Source: Amoebophrya sp. A120 (Eukaryota > Protista > Dinoflagellata). From it: a stretch of 64,000 nucleotides of DNA. The stretch's first letter is position 1. Each line of letters starts with the position of its first letter. The stretch is from NCBI GenBank assembly GCA_905178155.1, contig CAJINV010000004.1:7034358-7098357 (forward strand), written 5' to 3'. Below, piece after piece: positions 46,701-54,408 of the stretch. Below the pieces are notes generated by a model. That model did no database searches. It was given only the letters and a program-made list of their open reading frames with translations, and was not told where the DNA came from. Made by a program: the position numbers and the translations under genes.

Positions 46701-48287
46701 GGACAGAGACGCAGACGTCGAACCCGAAACATTGCTAATAGCCTCACGCAGCTCCGTCGACGATCTCCTTCTAGCCTCGTCCTCTACCACATCCGTCGGA
46801 CGAAGGTCCGGGCTGGGTGGCGGGACAGAGGTTTGCGGTTGCAGCTGGTTCAGAACGTCGCCGAGATTGTCGATCGCGGACAAAGCCTCGTCTACGGCGG
46901 CTAGGGTGGCAGTTTGCAGGGCCGACGGGGGCGGTCGTGGTTCTACTAGTGTAGATGAAGCACCTCCGATAATGTCCGATGAACTACCGGCGCTGGTACT
47001 TCTTGTTTCTGGCACGACGCCGACGTTACCTTCCGCGCGTCTTTGCTGTGGGCTCGAGGCACTATCGGCGCCGTCGATGTTAGGATCGCCTTCTTCCTGC
47101 AGCTCGGGGGGACCTGTAATATTCCTGCTGGGTCCACCTCTGGCTCTGGGGTCCGACGACCCACTGCTGGAAGAAAATTGTCGGTACATGGTAGTATCAC
47201 CGGCGCGCCCCCGGCGGAACGCGTATTGTCCCTCCGGGTGCCGGGCAATTCCCTGCGAAGGTTGTTGTACGGCCGTGGCCTCCGACGAAGCATCTGCGGC
47301 ACGACCTGGGGCTTGCGGGACGAAGACCCGTCCGCGGGCAGTGGAAAACGTGCTTGCTTGTTCTCTATCAAGAACTCCCGTCTCGTCGTCCTGCTGTAGA
47401 GGTTCAGAGGGTACTTCTTGTACGAGCAGCACAGGATGAGGAGCAGCTTCGCTCTCATCTTCAGCGCGTGCTGCTGCAGCTGCAGGCGAAAAAACTACAG
47501 GGACATTTGTTCCCTCTGCGGCTGCGGATGGCTGCTGCACGTCCTGAACGGCGTGGGCTTCGGGAAGGTCATGCAGTATGGAAGCGTCAGGTTTGAAATC
47601 GTCAAAGTTGAAATGATTTGTAATGCATAAAATGCATGACCCGCGGCACGTGTGTTGCAGAGCAGGTAAGTGAGGCAGATTGTAAGCCTGTTTGGGGCTA
47701 CAGCTCGAGCTGCTAAAGTAGCATGAGAAAATCGCTTTTTTTTACCTAAACAGCATGACAAACTAGATTTAGGGACCACCGAAATTTGTCATGCGCCACT
47801 TGGAAACTGGGTTCCAACTGGCATCCATTTTATGCATGACAAATTATTTCAACTTTGTCGATTTCAACTCTGACACATCCATATGCAGGAGCTGCGAAGT
47901 AGAGGACTCTGCCTCAGGCATATGAAGAATCCCCAAGGAGGATGAAGATGAAGATGCACCTTGTTGCCCTCCCGCCTGACTTTGTGGTCCACTGGCGGCT
48001 GCTGCAGCATCTTGATCTTCTTCCACTCCGTTTCTTTCTGCCACGATTTCTGCATCACCAGCGTTCCCTTCACGAAGATGACCCCCGAGACTGGATCGGA
48101 TTCCTGAAACCCCTCTGATGTAATTGCAAGGAGCTCCTCCTGTCAGGAATGAACTCAATACTAAATCGTGTTGAAATAGTATCGTCTGAGCAGCATGGTG
48201 AAGCGATGCTGCAAGAATGAGCAGAACCCAGGAGGTCGTCGATGTGGAGGCTGTTCTGCACCTGCAAGATGAAACATTCGACCGCAT
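10752..48287 (-). CDS. Giant hypothetical protein (~8,500 aa, ~53 exons), mostly low-complexity S/A/P/Q/E-rich tracts between short globular-looking segments, hydrophobic N-terminal stretch
   Basis: From ATG 48287 (MRSNVSS..WVLLILAASLHHA) one frame is kept across 44 TAT..ATA elements and 8 GT-AG introns; each junction phase was checked by hand and the residual length is divisible by 3. The 3' end is either TAA at 10752 or continues via a GTAAGT donor at 10755. No domain confidently recognised. Confidence 0.72.
11184..11328. mobile_element. Introner family A, 145 nt
   Basis: TIRs; TSD CCAGT; frame restored; opposite orientation to 16509. Confidence 0.93.
11972..12224. mobile_element. Introner family B, 253 nt
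   Basis: TIRs; flanks CTCCA/GTCCA; frame restored. Confidence 0.9.
12430..12598. mobile_element. Introner family K, 169 nt, stop-free and in frame
   Basis: TATCCACAGGAAATTTCCCGCAC...GTACGGGAAA..TGTACTGCATA; flanks ACCGA/ACCGC; similar to 26441. Confidence 0.82.
15097..15311. mobile_element. Introner family C (TIR TATGAnAGTGCACAACTCCCCCTCCCC), 215 nt
   Basis: TIRs; TSD CTTGC; frame restored. Confidence 0.92.
15381..15659. mobile_element. Introner family E (TIR TATCCTGAGTAAAA.CGT.CCCAC), 279 nt
   Basis: TIRs; TSD GTCCT; frame restored. Confidence 0.92.
15768..16043. mobile_element. Introner family B, 276 nt (left end AAT)
   Basis: TIRs; TSD AACGC; frame restored. Confidence 0.9.
16125..16386. 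mobile_element. Introner family B, 262 nt
   Basis: TIRs; flanks ACGCC/AAGCC; frame restored. Confidence 0.9.
16509..16653. mobile_element. Introner family A, 145 nt
   Basis: TIRs; TSD CCACG; frame restored. Confidence 0.93.
17177..17284. mobile_element. Introner family H, 108 nt
   Basis: TATCCACAAAAAAA..CCCATCCA...TGGATGGG..TTTTTTCCTGGATA; flanks TAGTC/TCCTC; frame restored. Confidence 0.8.
19103..19258. mobile_element. Introner family A, 156 nt
   Basis: TIRs; TSD TCCGA; frame restored. Confidence 0.92.
19948..20093. mobile_element. Introner family A, 146 nt
   Basis: TIRs; TSD TGCGC; frame restored. Confidence 0.92.
20172..20482. mobile_element. Introner family D (TIR TATGGAAGTGTCAGGATTGAAATCGTCAAAGTTGAAAT), 311 nt
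   Basis: Long TIRs; TSD AAACG; frame restored; opposite orientation to the other D copies. Confidence 0.92.
20541..20842. mobile_element. Introner family J (single copy here), 302 nt
   Basis: TATCGCAAGGAAAAATG...CACTTTTCCTTGTAGTA; TSD CGTGG; frame restored. Confidence 0.85.
21062..21375. mobile_element. Introner family D, 314 nt
   Basis: TIRs; flanks AGTGA/GGTGA; frame restored. Confidence 0.9.
21404..21682. mobile_element. Introner family E, 279 nt
   Basis: TIRs; TSD CCTTT; frame restored; opposite orientation to 15381 and 27881. Confidence 0.92.
22584..22792. mobile_element. Introner family F, 209 nt
   Basis: TATCGTACGAAAAAA...TTCTGGGGATA; TSD TCGTT; frame restored. Confidence 0.9.
24097..24195 (-). 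other. Canonical GT-AG intron, 99 nt
   Basis: GTATGA...TAGCAG; joins MIPLL to IDRLASEQ. Confidence 0.7.
24311..24562. mobile_element. Introner family B, 252 nt
   Basis: TIRs; TSD AACTG; frame restored. Confidence 0.92.
24644..24871. mobile_element. Introner family C, 228 nt
   Basis: TIRs; TSD TTTCG; frame restored. Confidence 0.92.
26224..26376. mobile_element. Introner family A, 153 nt
   Basis: TIRs; TSD TAAAC; frame restored. Confidence 0.92.
26441..26616. mobile_element. Introner family K, 176 nt
   Basis: TATCCAGAGTAAATTTCC..TTCCCGCACA...TGTGCGGGAAATTTGTGTTGCATA; flanks CCGAC/TCGAC; frame restored. Confidence 0.85.
26675..26830. mobile_element. Introner family A, 156 nt (right end GTA)
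   Basis: TIRs; TSD CGCAT; frame restored. Confidence 0.9.
27053..27359. mobile_element. Introner family D, 307 nt
   Basis: TIRs; TSD ACCGC; frame restored. Confidence 0.92.
27683..27820. mobile_element. Introner family A, 138 nt
   Basis: TIRs; TSD ACTGG; frame restored. Confidence 0.9.
27881..28159. mobile_element. Introner family E, 279 nt
   Basis: TIRs; TSD CAGCC; frame restored. Confidence 0.92.
28663..29417. mobile_element. Introner family B, expanded copy (755 nt) with two internal insertions
   Basis: Perfect 29-nt TIR; TSD TGCGG; frame restored; extra segments ~28723-29040 and 29115-29270. Confidence 0.9.
29480..29701. mobile_element. Introner family C, 222 nt
   Basis: TIRs; TSD AGCTC; frame restored. 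Confidence 0.92.
30284..30437. mobile_element. Introner family A, 154 nt
   Basis: TIRs; TSD ATCCC; frame restored. Confidence 0.92.
30525..30674. mobile_element. Introner family A, 150 nt
   Basis: TIRs; TSD TGTTC; frame restored. Confidence 0.92.
30734..30896. mobile_element. Introner family A, 163 nt
   Basis: TIRs; flanks TTCCG/TGCCG; frame restored. Confidence 0.88.
32788..33052. mobile_element. Introner family B, 265 nt
   Basis: TIRs; TSD TGGTC; frame restored. Confidence 0.92.
34079..34837. mobile_element. GC-rich non-autonomous TIR element with 9-bp TSD (MULE-like), forming GT-AG intron 34075-34836
   Basis: TIR GG..GTGTGAATCACCTCCCCAC at both ends; TSD TTGTGCTTC (34070-34078, 34838-34846); many subterminal CACCTCCCC/GGGGAGGTG repeats; donor GT in TIR and acceptor AG in TSD give an in-frame splice. 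Confidence 0.85.
35339..35507. mobile_element. Introner family G (TIR TATCAnAnnAAAAAGTGTTAACGTTA), 169 nt
   Basis: TIRs; TSD CTGAA; frame restored; homologous to 41676. Confidence 0.92.
35582..35739. mobile_element. Introner family A, 158 nt
   Basis: TIRs; TSD TCAAG; frame restored. Confidence 0.92.
35842..35868. repeat. (CAT)9 coding microsatellite (poly-Asp on minus strand)
   Basis: Direct read; translates to a D run in the giant gene. Confidence 0.9.
36501..36647. mobile_element. Introner family A, 147 nt
   Basis: TIRs; TSD CCTCG; frame restored. Confidence 0.92.
36718..37038. mobile_element. Introner family I (single copy here), 321 nt
   Basis: TATCAAAATGAAAAATCCCC...GGGGATTTTTCACTTTGATA; TSD AAGTG; frame restored. 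Confidence 0.9.
37717..37867. mobile_element. Introner family A, 151 nt
   Basis: TIRs; TSD TGTGG; frame restored. Confidence 0.92.
39503..39718 (-). other. Canonical GT-AG intron, 216 nt
   Basis: GTACTG...CACAG; joins STFFT to APRTASRL in frame. Confidence 0.75.
39812..40028. mobile_element. Introner family C, 217 nt
   Basis: TIRs; TSD ACTGG; frame restored; opposite orientation to the other C copies. Confidence 0.92.
40065..40201. mobile_element. Introner family H, 137 nt
   Basis: TATTCCCTGAAAAT..ACCATCCCCA...TGGGGATGGTCAATTTTCAGGGAATA; TSD ACGGA; frame restored. Confidence 0.9.
40289..40440. mobile_element. Introner family A (diverged), 152 nt
   Basis: TIRs; TSD CAGCC; frame restored. 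Confidence 0.88.
40763..40936 (-). other. Probable GT-AG intron (174 nt, stop-free) built on a decayed introner (40775-40932)
   Basis: Right end AAATTTGTATTGCATA, decayed left end TTGTGAATACAAATTT, flanks ACACG/ACACC; the TSD rule shifts frame but GTGTTA...TACAG keeps it. Confidence 0.6.
41676..41839. mobile_element. Introner family G, 164 nt
   Basis: TIRs; TSD ATCGC; frame restored. Confidence 0.92.
42150..42314. mobile_element. Introner family A, 165 nt
   Basis: TIRs; TSD GCCAG; frame restored. Confidence 0.92.
42747..42912 (-). other. Canonical GT-AG intron, 166 nt
   Basis: GTATGA...TACAG; joins PGLAT to FLERR. Confidence 0.7.
43959..44214. mobile_element. Introner family B, 256 nt
   Basis: TIRs; TSD CTCGC; frame restored. 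Confidence 0.9.
44422..44619 (-). other. Canonical GT-AG intron, 198 nt
   Basis: GTATGG...CTGACCAAG; phase 2 on both sides. Confidence 0.55.
45064..45356 (-). other. Canonical GT-AG intron, 293 nt
   Basis: GTATTT...CTGAC..TAAAG; phase 2 on both sides. Confidence 0.6.
45570..45714 (-). other. Canonical GT-AG intron, 145 nt
   Basis: GTAACA...TTTAG; joins STPHR to FDST. Confidence 0.75.
45776..46038. mobile_element. Introner family B, 263 nt
   Basis: TIRs; TSD AATCG; frame restored. Confidence 0.92.
46225..46449. mobile_element. Introner family K, 225 nt, with tandemly duplicated right end plus TSD
   Basis: Left TCAGA|TGTCC; right TGTATTGCATA|TCAGA ends at both 46404 and 46449; frame restored with either. 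Confidence 0.8.
47577..47883. mobile_element. Introner family D, 307 nt
   Basis: TIRs; TSD TGCAG; frame restored. Confidence 0.92.
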
Positions 48288-48555
48288 TCTGGATGGTTTC
48301 TTTGCAGTTCCTAGGAGGAGGAACTTTTACAACACAAGGGTGTTTTGCGCTTGGGTAGCGTTTTTAGCACGATCATGAAACATGTTTAATGCAAGAATTG
48401 TACATGTACGTCGACGAGGTCTTGGAATCAAATGAATGACACCCGACGTCGTGTGCCACATAGATTTGGATTTCCATACCTCAGTCTCCGTGCAGTGACG
48501 TAAAAATATTTATTCGTTAATTTTTCCACGACGTTTGCCTTTACTTTCACGGGAG

Positions 48556-48575
48556 CACACACACACACACACACA
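48556..48575. repeat. (CA)10 microsatellite upstream of the giant gene
   Basis: Direct read. Confidence 0.9.
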
Positions 48576-49688
48576 TCGCAGCTTCTATCCTTCTAACCAT
48601 ACTACAAGATGCAAAATATGATCATGCACTTTCAATAGCAATCCAAGAGCTTCGATTGGCTACGACTTGAGTCAAGTCTGCAAGATGCTCGTGATCACGT
48701 GACAGAAGAACCTTTACTCGCATACACGAAGACGACCGCAATAGCGCATAAGAGCGATCATCATCTCACCAAAAAAAAAAGGGCAACAAGCGATATCTAC
48801 TTTTACATGTGATGCAAAAATTCAAAAATGATGTTGATGTTCTTGGACACACGACGCACACCCAGACAGACCATCTGACGGTGGGCTGCAAGTAGACCTG
48901 AATAGCTGAGTGGGGTCGTTTGATCTTTTTGCGCAGATGAACAAACAAAGGGTCGTCGAAAAACTTCGCGTATGAACGGTGTGCTGCTGGTGCTGGCCTG
49001 CGATCTTTCATAACGGCAACGGATAGAGAGCTCGACGTTCTCTACTTTTGTCTACTCATGTACGTGTTTTATGCGTATTCAGACGGCTGAACGGCCACAT
49101 GGACCATGATCTTTATCGAAAGAAAACCGCGCTCGCGAATAAAGCCACCAAACGGAACTCAGTCGTGCATATTCAGTACGTGATCTGTTCTTCGCTGTAG
49201 TTGACATCGCACGCTGCACAAGGAAGAACCACGAAAAAGATGACACATGTTCAGGATAGAGCAGACCGCAGTAGGAGTAGTTCTGCAGCAATTGGAATTA
49301 TTCAGCTTCGCCTTCGGAGTTTCGACACGCACGCATCAGGATCTTCTTGATCCTCATTTTCATTCAGCTCTTGCAGCACCATAGCATTCACAAATCACAA
49401 TAGCAGACGAAGATCTCTACTAGCCTAGCACTAGACGTGGGCTAGGTTTAGGTAATAGAGGAACATCGCGGCCGTGGACCGCAGCCCATTTTTCAAACGG
49501 ACATACGACCCCAGAGCCGCCCACGGCAAACGTCACTGAATTACAGGACTGTATTTTCGTTTTTTCTCTTCGAACATCGGCAGTTAACATGAAATTCAAA
49601 TGTCGCGGCGCTCGTTCAAAGGAAAAAGTAATTCTTTTGCTGAGGAGCATGTGCATGCTCTAATTGTTCGTCATACTAGCGGCCAGAG

Positions 49689-52600
49689 CTATTTCGAAGA
49701 CGGTCCGCCTCCGTTCGCAGTAGTCCCTTGCTTTTGGTTGTTCGACGCCGAAGTTGTTCCAGCGGGAGTTTTCTTTTTGTAGTACTGATAGCTGTTATTT
49801 CTTTCGCCGCTCTGTCTTTTCTGCTCTTGTTGACCATTTGCATTTCTTTCCCGGGTATGAACTGCAAAAGTATCGCACTCGTATAAATGCATTACAAAAA
49901 CTCAGCATGAAAAATGAAATTTGTAATGCTGATTTGCCTTCATCAGAAAAAAAATTTGTGATGCAAGACTTGCATTTATACGAGTACGATACTTTTGCAC
50001 AGGATACCGGGCTGGAGGTTGGTAAGAGCTGTCTTTGCTGTCCTTGTTTGCTCCTGCGCCACTCTCGTTTATGCATTGCAAATTTGTCTGGGTCTTGAAA
50101 GGTTGAACTTGTATTGCGTGTCCAGGACTCCAGAAAAATCTGTATTGCATAAAAGCAAGAAAAGCGCCACAAATTGTTTGTCATGAAAAAGCACAGTTTC
50201 TAATGCGCACTAAGCATGAGAGACAAAGCGTTTGAAAAATTTGTCATGCAATACTGCACTTAGAGACGCACTCACTCATGACTATTCAGCATTACAGGTT
50301 TCCAGACCCAGACATACTTGCATTTCATATCGTTAGCGCTGGAGCAGTTGTGGAACTCCTCTGATTCGTCTGCGTGGTCCGCTGGAATCATGGGTTGTTC
50401 CACCTGATTTCTATCTTTCTTTGCTCCGCCGGCTTTTTTATTTCCAGTCGTACTTGTTGAACTTGTTGTATCAGCGGTAGCAGCTCCACCTGATGCGCCG
50501 CCCGGCTTACTGTTACTTTCCACTTGATCCAAATTTAAACAACTCCTCACTATTGCCGGCATCACGGCTCTCGGAATCGCCTTGTTGTGGAGAATACTGA
50601 ATCCGAGCTCGCACATCTCCAATACATTGACGGTGACAACCGCACTGTTGGCGGGGTTGACCCACTGATTGGAATAGCTTTGTTGCTCCGAGCCTGCTGT
50701 AGTAGAAGTACTGTTGTTCATTTTTCCGCCACCATTCGCCTTAGAAGCACCAGAGGAAGATTTCTGTTGCTGATCTGGGAGGTTGCTAGAAGAGGAACTG
50801 CTAGATGAGCTACTACTTGCTTTGCTGTTCCCCACCAACCCGTACCCCTCCACGCCGAACTTGCTCAGCCCCTCTTGCTGTTTGTTGTTCATTTTGTGCA
50901 CCTCTTTCTGTTCGTACTGCAGAAAAAAATCAAACCGCAAAGCCGGAATCTCGTCGTCTAACGTTTGGGTGCGGACCTGGGATAGATGCGAAATAGGTTT
51001 TATTTTTCGTAAGATGGAGATGCATGACCATGACGTAACATTTACTCTTATGAGCCAGGTGGACCAATTTTTTTTGGAAAAAAATTCAGAATTGCATATA
51101 ATTTCTGCTGGTCCAAAGATGGCACCATGATGCTGGCTCTTTACGTAGTACAAGAGCTGCGTCAACTTGATACTACAAATCGCTATCCAAACTCCTATAT
51201 AGTACCCAATCCAGCAGTTCTCGCGCCGTCTCCTTGCCCATTTCGATCGCCTTGTCCAGAGCCTTATCAACTGCAAAGATGTCTAGGTCTGGAAGAGTCG
51301 GGGCTTGTCAAGCACATTTTGCATGACCCGTGAGGTCTGTGATGCTGGTGCTAGCAACACAGATTTTTTGGGAGCCTCTTGATGCTAATTACGCAGGAGA
51401 AATAACGCCCTCTCCGCGTGCCAAGAGCTGAGTCCTCGTGCTGCTCATGCAACACAGATATTTTTAGACTCCGCAGACAGCATTACAAGTTCCACTCTTC
51501 CAGACCCAGACACATTTGCAATCCATAAGCCTCCTTGTCATTGTGGAACCCGGTGGCCAACACCTGGTCCTTGGTCAAATAGTATCCTGTGCAAAAGCAT
51601 CGTACTCGTATTGCAATCATGCATTACAAATTCTTTTCTTAAGGTCAATCCGCATTACAAATTTTATTTCTCATGCTGAGGAAATTTGTAATGCCTTTAT
51701 ACGAGTACGATACTTTTGCAGTTCATAAATAGTTGAAGTCGCCGAATTCCTGGTTCGCTTTGATCTTGCCAAATTTCGTGAACATGACGAACTCGCACTT
51801 GTTCTCCACAAAATACAGCCGCATCTCCGTCGCGTGGTGAACGAATTCTTGCACGATGACGTGGTCCAGCGTGTGTGCCTGCCCCACAAAGTTGGACGTG
51901 ATCTCAATCTGCTGGGTCAGGTCGTTCAGAGCGGAGACCAGGTTGTAGTTCCCGACGTCTTATCCTGTGCAAAAGCATCGTACTCGTACAAATCGCTGTC
52001 ATGCATTACAAATCCCTTTCTTTGGGGGAATCCGCATTACAAATTCCATTTCTAATGCTGAGGAAATTTGTAATGCTATTTATACTAGTACGATACTTTT
52101 GCAATGCATACGTCTTCCCGCCACAGCTTCACGTCCAACGCCTCCCAACTGTAGCCCAGCTTCTATGGCGTTCTCAAACGTTACATTCTCAGCTGTTACA
52201 TGGATTTGTAATGCAAGAACAGCAATAGTGAAAGTGGCATTATTGCAGCTTTCGCATCACAGATTTTCCACAGATTTAGATGCTGTTTAGCCCTTCGAAG
52301 ATTTGTCATGCTGCCCACCTTGATCAAGTGGAGGCTGATGGCAATTTTGCATGACAAATTCATGTAACAGTTGAGAATGTAACAGTTGAGAACTCCATAG
52401 CTTCCCGACGCCCTGCACGATCTTCTTGGCTGTGATATTTTTACATTTATGTGGTGTTTATATTTGTTGGGTTGATGGGAAAATAATTCGCGATGCTGCA
52501 TTTATTGCATTTCATACCACCTGATGCCCCCTCCGCCGTGGGTGTGAAAGGAAAATCCGTCTTGCACGACGATCACATCTGCAACAAGTGCATCATGGCC

Positions 52601-54408
52601 CTCGATTGATTTCAATACCTGGGCACATCCCGAGCGCCGTCTGCTTGTCCCGGACCATCTGCAGCATTTTCCTCGCTTTCGCCGCGGTAATTGCCACGTC
52701 TCTTTCTATCCACATCCGCGGTACCGCGATCGACGCGGGGATCCGGTATTTCGGGTTCAGACACAGCTGGTGTGTCCACTCCTTGTTTGTCAAGATTTGG
52801 TAGAAGTGCGCGGAGTGCGGGAACCGGGTGACCATTCCGCACCGTTCGGACGCGCGGATCAGCTTGTAGAGGGATTCGTACTCAAGAGACCCGGCCCCAT
52901 TTTCGTCGCCGGTCATCAGTGCCGGTTCTGACTCGGTATCGAACCCCGTTGGCTGGAGGAAAAACATGGAGACCACGTTCTTCGCCCGCCTGCAGGGGTG
53001 GTGGTCGCCGAAGATCAGATGAAGGCTGTTCGCCAGGTTTTCGCAGTCGTGGCGGTCTTCAACAAAAACCGACCAGATTTCGTACTTTCGGCCGAGGGTG
53101 GGTCGCAAGCCGTCGTCGCAAAGTTTGTACAGGTAGCGGTTGGTAATCCCGAGGAGCTCGCCTGGGTCGGAGTCAGGGATGTCTCTTCCCCCCCACCGAA
53201 ACGCGACGATGGCGAGTTCGGGCTGGAAATCCGGCTCAAACTGCCCACCGCGGTAGAGGAAGGGCTCTGTAGTAGAGTCATGTAGTGGCCGATAAGTGTC
53301 GACGTCAAATTGGTAAAACGATATAAGACGCTAGATCACATTCAAGTACTGTATAGTGGATTTCGTGACACAATTTGCGATGGAGCGAAACCTCCAGCTG
53401 CGGCACCAGGAGCAAAAAAAACTATGATAGTACCCAGATGAAATTCTAGTTCTACATCTACTTGACATAAAAAATACTTTGTCTCCCCCGGAGTCCCTTC
53501 TGAATCGCGACATCCTCGCGGCTCGCGACGAAATCGGGCTGCGCATAGTAGTACAGCTGGTGCTTTTCCAAGTACGCGCCTCTGCAGTTGAACCAGTGCG
53601 GCCAGGTGAACTCGAATTGCAGGTGCGTGTCGCGTTTCTTCTCGTTGTACTTCTCTGGAGCAAAGTCGTGCGTCACCACCGCGGGAACCCAGCCCTCGGA
53701 AAGCCCTGTTCTCGGACGAAAATTTCCGTGCCGATGGTCGAGCACGGCAATGTAGGCCACGTGGTTTTTCGCATCGTAGTCGCGCTCCTCCGTGGTGAAG
53801 ACCTGTGTTGGGGAGGGGAAGGTGTTAAAATGTAACTACTGAAAAGGACGAATAGAGAAGACTGCGACTCTCGGCTTGAACGCAAACTGGTGCAGCAGGG
53901 GAGCTCAGTAATAAATCAATGCCCATGTTGCGACCAACAAATTTATAGAACGGTGAGTGATTCTGGTGCAGCTATACAACACCAGGAGGGACGAAGAAAT
54001 TCGTGTTCTAGTAAATCGACAACACTGTACCCATATCAAATCTCCCGCCTTGTATTTCGAGATGTTTTTTGTAGCCGGCGCCATCTCCGCAGCGCTGTCG
54101 TCTGTCAAGGCCCGTTGTCTTTTGCGACTAGTACCTTCGTCCTGTTCCACGTCGGACCGGCTTCTGAGGCGGGCGCGCTTGTTGACCTCTTTTGCAGCTG
54201 CTGCTCGGGAAGACGCAGACTTCGCTGTAGTAGGTCCTCCAGTCGAAGTCTTCTTGTCGCTAGCGTTTTTCTTGTTGTTTCTCTCGTTATGCGCCCCTGC
54301 GTCGGAATCGGTTACTATCTTCTCGGCCTGAATTTTCTGCTGGTACTGCTGCTCGATTGCGTCCTCAGGGTCCGGCTCGCAGTCTCGAGAGGGTTGTGCG
54401 CGCTTCAT
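49689..54408 (-). CDS. Multi-exon gene, probable ATP-grasp-fold protein
   Basis: Spliced peptide contains KLGYSWEALDVK, HVIVQEFVHHATEMRLYFVE and IPALRFDFF, resembling ATP-grasp motifs (K..G.S, xQEFx, ExR, RxD). Frame verified 52172-49689 across 5 elements and one GT-AG intron; upstream exons 52600-53270, 53460-53800, 54030-54408 are less exactly joined. Confidence 0.65.
49856..50006. mobile_element. Introner family A, 151 nt
   Basis: TIRs; TSD CCGGG; frame restored. Confidence 0.92.
50070..50329. mobile_element. Introner family B, 260 nt
   Basis: TIRs; TSD TCGTT; frame restored. Confidence 0.9.
50977..51205 (-). other. Canonical GT-AG intron, 229 nt
   Basis: GTACTA...CCCAG; joins ARELLDW to VRTQTLDD. 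Confidence 0.75.
51265..51527. mobile_element. Introner family B, 263 nt
   Basis: TIRs; TSD AGCCT; frame restored. Confidence 0.92.
51583..51727. mobile_element. Introner family A, 145 nt
   Basis: TIRs; TSD AATAG; frame restored. Confidence 0.93.
51961..52110. mobile_element. Introner family A, 150 nt
   Basis: TIRs; TSD CGTCT; frame restored. Confidence 0.92.

Noticed and set aside
13800-47439. Long plus-strand ORFs (e.g. 18413-19057, 38074-38730, 46588-47439)
   Set aside because: Antisense shadows of GC-rich minus-strand exons
11184-47883. Element lengths as nucleosome multiples (~150 and ~300 nt)
   Set aside because: Families of 210-280 nt fill the gap, so no periodicity can be supported from this window
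10752-48287. Region as a pseudogene destroyed by MITE insertions
   Set aside because: No stops or frameshifts remain in ~25 kb of exon after the removal rule, despite divergence among element copies
6021-51970. TTTTGCACAG inside family A ends as the general 3' splice site
   Set aside because: Present at the 3' side in only a minority of copies; at 6021 and 51583 its use would create a stop codon
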